From an uncultured Candidatus Poseidoniales archaeon (GTDB lineage Archaea; Thermoplasmatota; Poseidoniia; Poseidoniales; Thalassarchaeaceae): 32,595 bases of DNA. Shown piece by piece: positions 9,660 to 18,380 of this stretch. Position numbers and translations under genes: made by a program. The stretch covers positions 1-32,595 of the forward strand of contig CAZPNT010000001.1 in the NCBI GenBank assembly GCA_964588055.1, written 5' to 3'. The notes below the pieces were generated by a model. The model searched no databases and was not told where the DNA came from. It saw nothing but the letters and a program-made list of their open reading frames with translations. The number at the start of each line of letters is the position of its first letter. The stretch's first letter is position 1.

Positions 9660-9665
9660 AAAAAA
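9660..9665 (-). terminator. oligo-T tract, candidate archaeal intrinsic terminator downstream of map
   Basis: On the minus strand, TAA-GCTCAG-TTTTTT-GTGG places a T6 run 6 nt after the map stop codon. Archaeal RNAP terminates at oligo-T runs. The call rests on the pattern only. Confidence 0.3.
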
Positions 9666-9671
9666 CTGAGC

Positions 9672-10685
9672 TTATTCCACTGTCAGAATCTCTGGACCAC
9701 CCTCTGTAATGAATACAGTATGCTCGAATTGGCCAACAATTCCACTGTCTACATCCCTAAGTGCGCTATAGACCTCTAGGAACCTGATCGAAGTCAACTT
9801 CTTGACTAGAGCATTCCATTTCCTCCTTAGAGACTCATCGCTCTCTTCCGGAAACGGTTTGCTAAGCAACGGGTACGCCCATCTCTCCGCGAAAGGAAGA
9901 GTGCTGTACCTCTCTTCGATATACCTTGCCATGGTCGCACCAAGGGGCTTCAATTTCCCTTTGGAAAGGGCCTTCCTAATCTTTACGTCCCCAGTAACTC
10001 TTAGGATATTTGATGAATTGGATGGGGGGACATTCTCTATCATCCCGCTCTTTCCCGTGGTATTGAATGGCTCAATAGCATACACACCTCCAACCTCCAC
10101 CTCTCCCTTGTAACCGGGATTGTTCGGACCGCACGCGAACATGGGTATTGAGACGCCTGAATGCAGGTTCCAACGCTCCATCTTGTGTCCACTCAGATTC
10201 CTAATTGGCTCAAAGCCTGCATCTACAGAAGCCTGCTGTGCAGCTTCTCCAACAACATGCCAAGGAGTTCCCGGGTGCATCTTTTCGATGGCAGCATCAC
10301 GTGCCTCCCTGGCAGCTCGAATCTGCTCCGTATGCTCCCCCGCATTCCCTACCTCAATTGTGAGGGCATTGTCACCCAGAGCTCCTTTGATGTGAACTCC
10401 GACGTCTAGCTTGACCAAGTCTCCTTTCTGGAAAACCATTTCTCCCTCGAAACCTTCCGGAGGAGTCAGCTCTGTATTGGACGTGTAATGTGCCGCCATT
10501 TCGTTAACCGAGATTGTCACAGGGAAAGCAGCCTTACCCCCGTGTCTCCTGATGAATCTCTCAGCCGAATCTATCACTTCTGACCACTGTTTTCCAGCTA
10601 CAATCTCTCCCTTGATGCCTTCGAGAGTCCTTCTAGCAACGTGACCTGCATCTCGCCATTGCTTCAGATCCTGTTCTTCCACCAT
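9672..10685 (-). CDS. map: methionine aminopeptidase, type 2 (archaeal/eukaryotic type)
   Basis: 337 aa. WRDAGHVARRTLE, DLVKLDVGVHIKGALGDNALT, SGHKMERWNLHSG, YAIEPFNTTG and QFEHTVFITEGGPEILT match the pita-bread fold metal-ligand blocks and include the type-2 helical insert. Confidence 0.9.
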   Translation of the reverse strand: MVEEQDLKQWRDAGHVARRTLEGIKGEIVAGKQWSEVIDSAERFIRRHGGKAAFPVTISVNEMAAHYTSNTELTPPEGFEGEMVFQKGDLVKLDVGVHIKGALGDNALTIEVGNAGEHTEQIRAAREARDAAIEKMHPGTPWHVVGEAAQQASVDAGFEPIRNLSGHKMERWNLHSGVSIPMFACGPNNPGYKGEVEVGGVYAIEPFNTTGKSGMIENVPPSNSSNILRVTGDVKIRKALSKGKLKPLGATMARYIEERYSTLPFAERWAYPLLSKPFPEESDESLRRKWNALVKKLTSIRFLEVYSALRDVDSGIVGQFEHTVFITEGGPEILTVE

Positions 10686-11266
10686 GCCAAAACTTCCTTC
10701 GAACTTACCTTACCTTCTCTGATTACCTCTATACTCAACGACTCAGGTGATTCGCAGACCGTATGCCATGCTATCAAAGTACTGGGCAGACCTCCGGTGC
10801 AGACGCCATCAATTCCAACAACGCTTTCTTCGGCCCTGCTAAGAGAATCGGCGGCTTCGATACAATCTAACACTGGATCCTGACCAGATAGATTAGCACT
10901 GGTTGCTGTTAACGGCCCCGTCTTACTTAGCAACTCCTTTGCCGTCTTGTCCGAGACCACTCTTATGGCCACCTTATCCCCCCCAAGTCTGTGATCCATC
11001 TTACTCTTAGCTCTTAGAACAATGGTCAGAGAACCCTCAGGGAAGGCCTCTAGAATATCATTGACGTCATCAGTAATATGGACAATCTCGCTAGCCTGAC
11101 TTAGGCTTTCCACCCCAAGGCTTACAGGAGCGCCCCCCGGTCTTCCTTTGATTCTGTAGAGTCTGTCCAAGGCCTTGGAAACTGGAATGCATCCAAGTGC
11201 AGGAAGCGTTGATGTTGGATAAACTATGCATCCTCCCGAAAGAGCCCATTCGATTGCACTTTCCAA
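10664..11266 (-). CDS. tsaC: L-threonylcarbamoyladenylate synthase, YrdC/TsaC-type (Sua5/YciO/YrdC family, single domain)
   Basis: 200 aa. YPTSTLPALGC, RIKGRPGGAPVSL, LTIVLR and TATSANLSGQDP are the conserved YrdC-domain blocks. It overlaps the map start by 22 nt. Confidence 0.8.
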   Translation of the reverse strand: MESAIEWALSGGCIVYPTSTLPALGCIPVSKALDRLYRIKGRPGGAPVSLGVESLSQASEIVHITDDVNDILEAFPEGSLTIVLRAKSKMDHRLGGDKVAIRVVSDKTAKELLSKTGPLTATSANLSGQDPVLDCIEAADSLSRAEESVVGIDGVCTGGLPSTLIAWHTVCESPESLSIEVIREGKVSSKEVLAWWKNRI

Positions 11267-11274
11267 ACCCTCAC

Positions 11275-11853
11275 CTACCTGATGTTCTTCCTACTCGCCG
11301 GAGGTAAAGACTCAGAATGAGCTACGATCGTACCTACTTTGAGATCTAGGTTTGATTGGTGTGTGTGCCTCTGAGAAATCCTCGCTAATTCGTAAACACC
11401 GAAGTACAAATTTATTATTGGCAATAGGAAGAGTAACTTTCCAAAAGCTCTCCTGTCCCACACTTTGCTCGCCACACCGCCTCCATCGTCCATAACTACT
11501 GCAATTCCCAGAACTTTCTGTCCAAGAGATCTGGAAAATGCCAAACCAGTCAATCTCCAGTACAACCAGTGGCTAGTAAGCAAAATAGCAGCGAAAGCTA
11601 CAGCATAGTGAAAATCTGAAGAAGCCCATAGAGTAATATTCAATGCATTCCTAATCATCCCCTTAGTTGCCAAATTTAGAATAGAGAAGACGATAATTAC
11701 GTCAATCACGAAGGCCACAAGCCTCTTTGCCCACGAGGAAAGAATCGCACCATCTGGAACGGACCAGTGATCCTGCTCCTGTGAGACAATGGCCTTGGCT
11801 AGAGTGCCTCCCCCATGGATGGAGATCGGAGAGTCATGATCGCTCATTCTCAC
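11275..11853 (-). CDS. RDD-family integral membrane protein
   Basis: 192 aa. SWAKRLVAFVIDVIIVFSIL (the R...D..D signature), about 3 TM segments, and the SLGQKVLGIAVV block typical of RDD domains. Confidence 0.65.
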   Translation of the reverse strand: MRMSDHDSPISIHGGGTLAKAIVSQEQDHWSVPDGAILSSWAKRLVAFVIDVIIVFSILNLATKGMIRNALNITLWASSDFHYAVAFAAILLTSHWLYWRLTGLAFSRSLGQKVLGIAVVMDDGGGVASKVWDRRAFGKLLFLLPIINLYFGVYELARISQRHTHQSNLDLKVGTIVAHSESLPPASRKNIR

Positions 11854-11856
11854 ACC

Positions 11857-13785
11857 TCATGCCGTACCCAGGAGATGCCATGCCTCAAGTTTGCGACTCC
11901 TTATGTGATCTATCCATGCTCTCCAATTCTCATCATGCCTGAGAGTTTCGGGGTCACCGATCACTATGAGGCCTCTCCTAGCCCTAGTTAGTGCCACGTT
12001 CAACCTCCTCCTATCGGAAAGGAAACCGACATTTCCATCTGAATTGGATCTAACACAAGAGAATATTACCACTTCCTTCTCCCTTCCTTGATAACCATCA
12101 ACAGTCCTAACTTCAACATCCTGCATTGACTCGGGCATCATGTCCCTTATCGCTCGAACCTGACCAGCGTAAGGAGTCACTATTCCTATGTCAGACAATT
12201 CTAAACCCCCCTCCTCGATTAAACCGATCAATATCTTCACGACCCACGAACACTCGACAGAATTCTCCTTTGAAGCTCCATCTGGAGACAGCAATTCCTC
12301 GCCATCAATAGGCAAGAAGGCCAGAGGTGAGTCCCAGTCCGGCCAAAGCATTCCAGCCGGGGCATCTCTATCTTCCTCACCCACCCCGTCTTCCAGCATA
12401 CCATCGTAGAATTGTTTGTTGGGGAACTCAGAAATTGACGGATGCATCCTGTACTGAGTTGTTAGCATTACAGGGGTAATGCCCATGTCAACCAAACGTT
12501 CGAACAGAGAACGATCCAAACCACCTCTCCCTGCCCTTCGTGAAATAACTGTTGGTGGTAACTGTCTATGGTCTCCAACTAGAACAATTTGCCTAGAGCC
12601 CTTCACTATGGGGACCAATGATGCTGGTTCAGTAGCCTGAGTGGCCTCGTCAATCAGGACTCTAGAAAACCTCCTCCCATCTAGCAACTCATGCCCGGAA
12701 CCAATACAAGTGCAACATAATACCTGGGCTCGATCCAGAATATCATCTCTTATTTGCCTCTCGAGCCTCTTGACTTCCTTCCATCCTCTGCTCAAATCTC
12801 TATGAGCAAGACCCTTTTCCTTCCCTCCTCTCATTCCCTTTATTTTTCGAGATAACTTTTCGTTTCTCTCTACCTCTTCAATCAAGTCCCTGTTTAATTC
12901 ATGACTCTCCATCCGAGCATCCATTGTTGCTTCCCTCAGGCTTTCTCTGACCTTCACAGGTTGTCCAAGCCTAACTGCCCTAATGCCTCTTTCAAGCAAA
13001 CCCTCTAGCAAGTTGTCAACAGCTACGTTAGAATCAGCCACAGCTAGGACGGTCCCAGTGTCCTGAATCGCCCAGTTTTCAAGTATCCTTACCGCAGTAT
13101 GCGTCTTTCCGGTTCCTGGTGGACCTTGAATCAACGTCAACCTTCTTCCAATTGCACTCTTGGCCGCTTCCCTCTGGGCCCCATTCAGGTCGCTAGGAAG
13201 CGCTACCCTGATTTCTTTCGCCCCCTTCATCTCAGGAATCAGAGAAGCCGTGCCTTCGGGATCATGAACCAGTCCTAGTATCAATTCTCTTAGGGGCGCA
13301 CTCCCATCTTCTTCGAAAATAGAATTTAGCGCATCCCTCATTCTATCGAAGGCAACTCTATTTGCACCTCTGTCAATCCTCCAAGTTCCCTTTCTCAGTC
13401 CCTTTGGAGCCTCGGGAAGAACCACTCTAATGGAGTCCCGACTTCGGTTGCTGACTATTGCTTCTATGGGCCTTTCAGCCAATGGATTGCTTCTGCTCAG
13501 CATGATTATGTCACCTTGTCTGAACCTATGAGAACCTAGACTTCTCCCCGGCCCTCTTCGTAATCTGATTACCCTTTGGCCAAACAACCACCCATCGGTC
13601 TTCGCATTCAAACCGAAAAGAGCTATCCCATTCGCTTCAAGCTTCTTATCTGGCCAATTCTTCAACCTCTCCTCCGTCATTGCCAACTCGTCTTCTAGCT
13701 CCCATCGAATCAGACTAAGATAGGCTTCGTGATGGTCCTGGCTCCTTTTGAAGCGACTTGCAATGGCTTTCTCCGAACCTGCCAC
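11857..13785 (-). CDS. Upf1/IGHMBP2(Smubp-2)/DNA2-NAM7-like superfamily 1B helicase
   Basis: 642 aa. Motif I LIQGPPGTGKTHT, motif II VLIDEATQATEP, motif III VLVGDHRQLPPTV, motif IV LTTQYRMHPSISEFPNKQFY, motif V VDGYQGREKEVVIFSCVRSN and motif VI GFLSDRRRLNVALTRARRGLIVIGD. An N-terminal beta-barrel-like segment (RFRQGDIIMLSRSN) resembles that of IGHMBP2. Confidence 0.9.
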   Translation of the reverse strand: MAGSEKAIASRFKRSQDHHEAYLSLIRWELEDELAMTEERLKNWPDKKLEANGIALFGLNAKTDGWLFGQRVIRLRRGPGRSLGSHRFRQGDIIMLSRSNPLAERPIEAIVSNRSRDSIRVVLPEAPKGLRKGTWRIDRGANRVAFDRMRDALNSIFEEDGSAPLRELILGLVHDPEGTASLIPEMKGAKEIRVALPSDLNGAQREAAKSAIGRRLTLIQGPPGTGKTHTAVRILENWAIQDTGTVLAVADSNVAVDNLLEGLLERGIRAVRLGQPVKVRESLREATMDARMESHELNRDLIEEVERNEKLSRKIKGMRGGKEKGLAHRDLSRGWKEVKRLERQIRDDILDRAQVLCCTCIGSGHELLDGRRFSRVLIDEATQATEPASLVPIVKGSRQIVLVGDHRQLPPTVISRRAGRGGLDRSLFERLVDMGITPVMLTTQYRMHPSISEFPNKQFYDGMLEDGVGEEDRDAPAGMLWPDWDSPLAFLPIDGEELLSPDGASKENSVECSWVVKILIGLIEEGGLELSDIGIVTPYAGQVRAIRDMMPESMQDVEVRTVDGYQGREKEVVIFSCVRSNSDGNVGFLSDRRRLNVALTRARRGLIVIGDPETLRHDENWRAWIDHIRSRKLEAWHLLGTA

Positions 13786-13913
13786 GCCCTACCGTCACCA
13801 CCAGCGCCTATCACGGTTACTTGAAGACAGACTGATTCATGTGACCAATCTATTGCCAGTGAGAATTAAACCCTACTAGCCGTCGAGAAGAACATCCAGG
13901 GGGGACGGGACTG

Positions 13914-15017
13914 GTGTTTGACAGATTTAAGTCATGGAGCAATTCTAACTCTAAGGGCGTAGTTTGTCCATCTTGCCAGCATTCAAACCAAGAGGGAACA
14001 AAGGTTTGCACGAGATGTTACTATCAGCTTGATCGAGCTTCATTTCAGCAGAGCTCTGGATTAGCAGAAGACGAATCCACGGATCTTCTGGACCAATTGA
14101 TGAGTGAGATAGAGGAAGAAGAAGAGGAAGAAATCATCTCTCCGTCGTTTGCATTGGACGATTTAACCGTCGAGGTCTCACAATACGGAGAGGGAGAAGA
14201 AATCAACCTAGATAGAAAGCCTGACTTCGACTCAATCTCTACTTCCGCTGAAAATATTGAGGAAGAATACGAACTCACAGCCGAAGACATCCCTCAATTC
14301 GTTCAGAAGTTCGAAGTCCCAACAGATATCCAAGAGGAAGAGGAAATAATAGAGCAACGAAAGATCGAATTGATTCAGCCAAATGCTGAAACCCCCACCT
14401 TCGTACAACCATTGCCTCCAAGTGAAATAATTGACACTGAGGAGAGCGGTTCGCCTACTTTAGAGGAATCACAATCAGACTCTGGAGACTTCGATGGCGA
14501 TGGGAAGATTGACGAATTTGAAGCTGCATTTTACGAGGATTCCGAAGAACCAAAACCCTCTCAAATCCCATCTGCTCCTTCATTGGCGGTTCCCAATATC
14601 ACTGCAGTACCAGTCGAAGAGGCACTGCCTCCAGAAGAATCAGAAAAAACTCTTCAGTTGCCTTCTGCTCCAAACTTCCCTACGAATGAGGCGAATGAAG
14701 ACTCCGTCGAAACTTCAGAAGCAAATGCCACTTTCTGGCCTTGGCAGCAACAGGACGAGTGGCCCGCAGCTGAAATAATCAAGCAATTGCAAGCCGCAAT
14801 CAGATCAGCAAAAGATGAGAACATTGCACAATCAACGGTTCTCCTTGACGAAGTTGGCCCCCATCTGGGGGATAGAACCTCATTGGTATATTCAGTAGGA
14901 AGGCTACTCATGTCTATCGGTAGGAATTCAGATGCTAGGAGAATGGTTGAATCTGCCATAGAACTCCATCCAGATGACCCAGATTTAGCCCGAGCAAGGG
15001 AGAAACTCATTTCATAA
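13914..15017 (+). CDS. zinc-ribbon protein with a long polyacidic low-complexity region and a C-terminal TPR-like helical repeat
   Basis: 367 aa with a GTG start. The N-terminal CPSCQHSNQEGTKVCTRCYY is a C-x2-C-x10-C-x2-C ribbon. Residues about 50-270 are extremely rich in Glu, Asp, Pro and Ser. The C-terminal LVYSVGRLLMSIGRNSDARRMVESAIELHPDDPDLARAREKL looks like TPR. No family is recognised. Confidence 0.6.
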   Translation: MFDRFKSWSNSNSKGVVCPSCQHSNQEGTKVCTRCYYQLDRASFQQSSGLAEDESTDLLDQLMSEIEEEEEEEIISPSFALDDLTVEVSQYGEGEEINLDRKPDFDSISTSAENIEEEYELTAEDIPQFVQKFEVPTDIQEEEEIIEQRKIELIQPNAETPTFVQPLPPSEIIDTEESGSPTLEESQSDSGDFDGDGKIDEFEAAFYEDSEEPKPSQIPSAPSLAVPNITAVPVEEALPPEESEKTLQLPSAPNFPTNEANEDSVETSEANATFWPWQQQDEWPAAEIIKQLQAAIRSAKDENIAQSTVLLDEVGPHLGDRTSLVYSVGRLLMSIGRNSDARRMVESAIELHPDDPDLARAREKLIS

Positions 15018-15040
15018 CCGAAACCATCGACGCAGAACTG

Positions 15041-15652
15041 ATGCGCCGTCACTCTTCCCCAAGAATAATGCAAAGGCGAGCCACGTCTACTATCCGAGTC
15101 GACGAGGGGTTGGTTTTGAGGCCAGCCTCAAAGTCCCACATCTCAGAAATCGTCGAAGCATTCGAAGAGACATGGCCAGATGTGATTAGAGCAATGCCTT
15201 GGATAAATCCGGATAAGGAAGTCAGACCCCAGATTGAGGAGTTCATCGGAGACACCGAGAGGAAGGGCCGATCCGGACTTCTTCATCACTGGGTGATGAT
15301 TCGTCCATGGGACGGCTACGTAATCGGGCTAGTCGGTTTTGATAGAGTTACTAGGTCTGAGAAGGCGATATGGAACCTAGGATACTGGGTTAGAAGCTCT
15401 GAGCAGCGCCACGGATATGCTAGGAGAAGCATTGATGCAGTTCTAGGTTGGTTGGGACAGGTAGGACAAATTGTCGTGGAGGTCAAAGTCGACCCTAACA
15501 ATACAGCCGGTTCAAAGACGGTAAGTAGAACGGTGAGGAAGTGGAAGGGAGAGAGGTGTGTATCGGGTGACTCGCCGATTACGATTGCTGGAATTAGGAC
15601 GATGCATGAGTGCCATTTGATAGAGTTGGGACCCGACACAGTCTCACTCTGA
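15041..15652 (+). CDS. GNAT family N-acetyltransferase (RimJ/RimL-like)
   Basis: LRPASKSHISEIVEAFE...IGLVGF...NLGYWVRSSEQRHGYARRSIDAVLGW is the Acetyltransf_3-type acetyl-CoA binding core (Q/R-x-x-G-x-A). An alternative ATG is at 15068. Confidence 0.75.
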   Translation: MRRHSSPRIMQRRATSTIRVDEGLVLRPASKSHISEIVEAFEETWPDVIRAMPWINPDKEVRPQIEEFIGDTERKGRSGLLHHWVMIRPWDGYVIGLVGFDRVTRSEKAIWNLGYWVRSSEQRHGYARRSIDAVLGWLGQVGQIVVEVKVDPNNTAGSKTVSRTVRKWKGERCVSGDSPITIAGIRTMHECHLIELGPDTVSL

Positions 15653-15725
15653 ACAGATACAACCGTCGACCCATTCAAAAAACAGGCCTTGACTGGTGAT
15701 TCTGCCCCACAGGGCAGTGAGCCCC

Positions 15726-18380
15726 ATGTCCCCCCCAGAACCTCGACAGACTCTGCCTGATACTGACCCCGAAGAGACAGATGAATGGCTTGAATCATTG
15801 CGGACGGTTGCATCATCCCAGGGCGAATCAAGGGCACGGCTTCTTCTTCAGGAGCTAATGTCAGAGGCTTCTTCCTTGGGGATTGACATTTCTCCATCCA
15901 GGACTCCGTATCTCAACTCAATATCCATAGAGCAGCAGACTCCATATCCTGGAAAACTAAGCATCGAGAAGAAGATTCAGAACCATGTCCTTTGGAACGC
16001 AGCCGCTATGGTCTCTGATGCAAACAGGAGAATGGATGGAATCGGAGGCCACATATCCACATATGCCTCAAGCTCTACTCTGTATGAAGTAGGATTCCAA
16101 CACATTTTCAGAGGAAAGGAACACAATGGAATCGGCGATGCATTATACATTCAGGGTCACGCTAGCCCTGGAATATACGCTCGAGCATTCCTGGAGGGCA
16201 GAATTACCAGGGATCAGGTTTCAAACTTCAGGCAGGAGGCCTTTGTGGATGGCCTGTCTTCATACCCTCATCCGCGACTAATGCCAGAATTCTGGGAGTA
16301 TCCCACAGTTTCGATGGGACTAGGCCCACTCGGTGCGGTAATGCAGGCGAGATTCTGGAAGTATCTCCATCAAAGGGGCCTTGCCGATACTTCGGAGAGT
16401 CGGGTTTTCGCCTTCCTGGGTGATGGAGAGATGGACGAACCCGAGTCAATAGCTTCCATCGCAGTCGCTGGCAGGGAACAATTGGACAATCTAATTGTTG
16501 TTGTAAATTGCAATCTACAGCGCCTAGATGGGCCGGTCCGAGGAAACTCAAACATCATCCAAGAATTAGAGGGCCTTTATCGAGGTGCAGGATGGACCGT
16601 AATCAAGGTAATCTGGGGAACAGGATGGGATCGAGTGTTTCAAAGGGACTCAAGCGGAGAGTTACTAGAGAAGATGGAGGGAATCACCGATGGGGACTGG
16701 CAACGACTCAGCACCCTCTCAGGCAATGATTTCCGAGAAGAGATGTTCTCTGGAAGTGAGTCTCTTAAGGCCCTAGGAACCTCCCTATCTGACATAGAAA
16801 TCGACGGCCTTACTAGAGGGGGGCATGACCCAATCAAGGTATATTCTGCATACAAATCTGCCTTGTCTGCCGACGGCCCGGCTGTAATCCTAGCACATAC
16901 AGTAAAGGGTTGGGGAATCGACTCTTTCGAGGGTAGGAACTCAACTCATCAGAAGAAGAAGATGACTCTAGATGACTTGGTAGCTTATCGAGACGCACTG
17001 GAGATTGACCTCGACGACTCCATGCTTCAAGAAGATCCATTCATTACCCTCGAAGAAGACTCGGAGGAGATTAATTATCTCGCCGAAAGAAGAGCAACTC
17101 TCGGGGGGTCTCTTCCGTCAAGACCGCACTCGAAGATAAACTTCGAACTGCCCGGGGAGGACACGTACTCAGCCTTTGACCAAGGAACTCCGGGCGGACA
17201 GGAGGTATCTACGACAATGGCCTTCGTCCGGCTTCTCAGGAATCTGATGAAATCGGAAATCGGCTCTCGGGTAGTCCCCATCATTCCCGATGAAGGAAGA
17301 ACTTTCGGAATGGATCCTCTATTCAGCGAGTTTGAAATCTTCGCTTCCAAGGGTCAGAAGTACACTCCGGTAGATCACAAGATGCTTCTAAACTACAAAG
17401 AGTCAGAATCCGGCCAGGTTCTTCAGGAAGGAATATCCGAGGCCGGCGCTATCGCTTCATGGATATCCAGTGCAACTTCATATTCCAATGCGAATTCTCC
17501 CACAATGCCATTCTACACCTTCTACTCAATGTTCGGTTTCCAGAGAGTGGGAGATCAGATATGGAGTGCTGCAGATGCTCGGGCCCGGGGGTTCTTGATG
17601 GGGGCAACCGCGGGAAGGACCACACTGAATGGAGAGGGATTACAGCATCAGGATGGTCATAGTCTATTGATGTCCTCGACGGTACCTCACTGCCGAGCTT
17701 GGGACCCTGCATACGCCTACGAACTCGCGACTATCATTAGACATGGAATAGATGAGATGTGGGGGCAGAATCTTGATGTGTTCCATTATGTGATGCTGTA
17801 CAACGAGAATCAGCAGCAGATGCCCAAGCCACCAGACGTGGATGAAGGTATTGTAAGGGGGGCATATCTAATTGAAGAAGTGGGTGAGGGAAGTGAAAAG
17901 ATTAGACTACTCGGTTCTGGACCGATTCTAAAGAACGTTAGAGAGGCAGCTGCGGAGTTGCTTAGCGACCATGGAATATCTTCAGAGGTATGGTCCGTAA
18001 CTTCCTACGGAGAACTTCGTCGAGCAGGTCTTGAGCATGAGAGGACCAGACGCCTGAATCCAGATAATTCCGCAAAGGCATACGTCTCGGATTGTTTCGG
18101 TGATGAAACACCAACAGTGGCTACTTCTGACTACATCTCATCAGTTCCTGAGATGATTCAGAGATGGGTAGGAGGCAGGTACATAGTACTGGGAACAGAT
18201 GGATTCGGCAGATCTGACTCTCGCGAAGCTCTTCGTTCATTTTTCGAAATAGATACAAACAGCATCGTCGTTGCAGCACTCTCAGCATTGGAGCAGGACG
18301 GGAAGGCTCCTTCTGGCACCGTAGAGAAAGAAATGAAGAAGAGGAAACTCAATCAAAAGAGAACCGACAAGACAGAGTGA
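15726..18380 (+). CDS. aceE: pyruvate dehydrogenase E1 component, homodimeric (AceE) type
   Basis: About 884 aa. The N-terminal DPEETDEWLESL, GGHISTYASSSTLYEVGFQHIFRG, the ThDP motif LGDGEMDEPESIASI...NCNLQRLDGPVRGN, and the overall length and collinearity match bacterial AceE. The track ORF starts at GTG 15696, and ATG 15726 fits the AceE N-terminus better. Confidence 0.9.
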   Translation: MSPPEPRQTLPDTDPEETDEWLESLRTVASSQGESRARLLLQELMSEASSLGIDISPSRTPYLNSISIEQQTPYPGKLSIEKKIQNHVLWNAAAMVSDANRRMDGIGGHISTYASSSTLYEVGFQHIFRGKEHNGIGDALYIQGHASPGIYARAFLEGRITRDQVSNFRQEAFVDGLSSYPHPRLMPEFWEYPTVSMGLGPLGAVMQARFWKYLHQRGLADTSESRVFAFLGDGEMDEPESIASIAVAGREQLDNLIVVVNCNLQRLDGPVRGNSNIIQELEGLYRGAGWTVIKVIWGTGWDRVFQRDSSGELLEKMEGITDGDWQRLSTLSGNDFREEMFSGSESLKALGTSLSDIEIDGLTRGGHDPIKVYSAYKSALSADGPAVILAHTVKGWGIDSFEGRNSTHQKKKMTLDDLVAYRDALEIDLDDSMLQEDPFITLEEDSEEINYLAERRATLGGSLPSRPHSKINFELPGEDTYSAFDQGTPGGQEVSTTMAFVRLLRNLMKSEIGSRVVPIIPDEGRTFGMDPLFSEFEIFASKGQKYTPVDHKMLLNYKESESGQVLQEGISEAGAIASWISSATSYSNANSPTMPFYTFYSMFGFQRVGDQIWSAADARARGFLMGATAGRTTLNGEGLQHQDGHSLLMSSTVPHCRAWDPAYAYELATIIRHGIDEMWGQNLDVFHYVMLYNENQQQMPKPPDVDEGIVRGAYLIEEVGEGSEKIRLLGSGPILKNVREAAAELLSDHGISSEVWSVTSYGELRRAGLEHERTRRLNPDNSAKAYVSDCFGDETPTVATSDYISSVPEMIQRWVGGRYIVLGTDGFGRSDSREALRSFFEIDTNSIVVAALSALEQDGKAPSGTVEKEMKKRKLNQKRTDKTE

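Noticed and set aside
14090-14360. GAA/GAG-rich low-complexity DNA (for example gaggaagaagaagaggaagaa)
   Set aside because: It is explained by poly-Glu coding within the acidic protein. It is not an independent repeat element.
15702-15717. Hairpin CTGCCC-CACA-GGGCAG just upstream of the aceE ATG
   Set aside because: It has only a 6-bp stem, which is expected by chance. There is no flanking oligo-T or riboswitch-like context.
15316-15897. 193-aa minus-strand ORF spanning the GNAT/aceE junction
   Set aside because: It overlaps two plus-strand genes that have clear family motifs. Its translation has no motif and an odd composition, so it is probably a shadow ORF.
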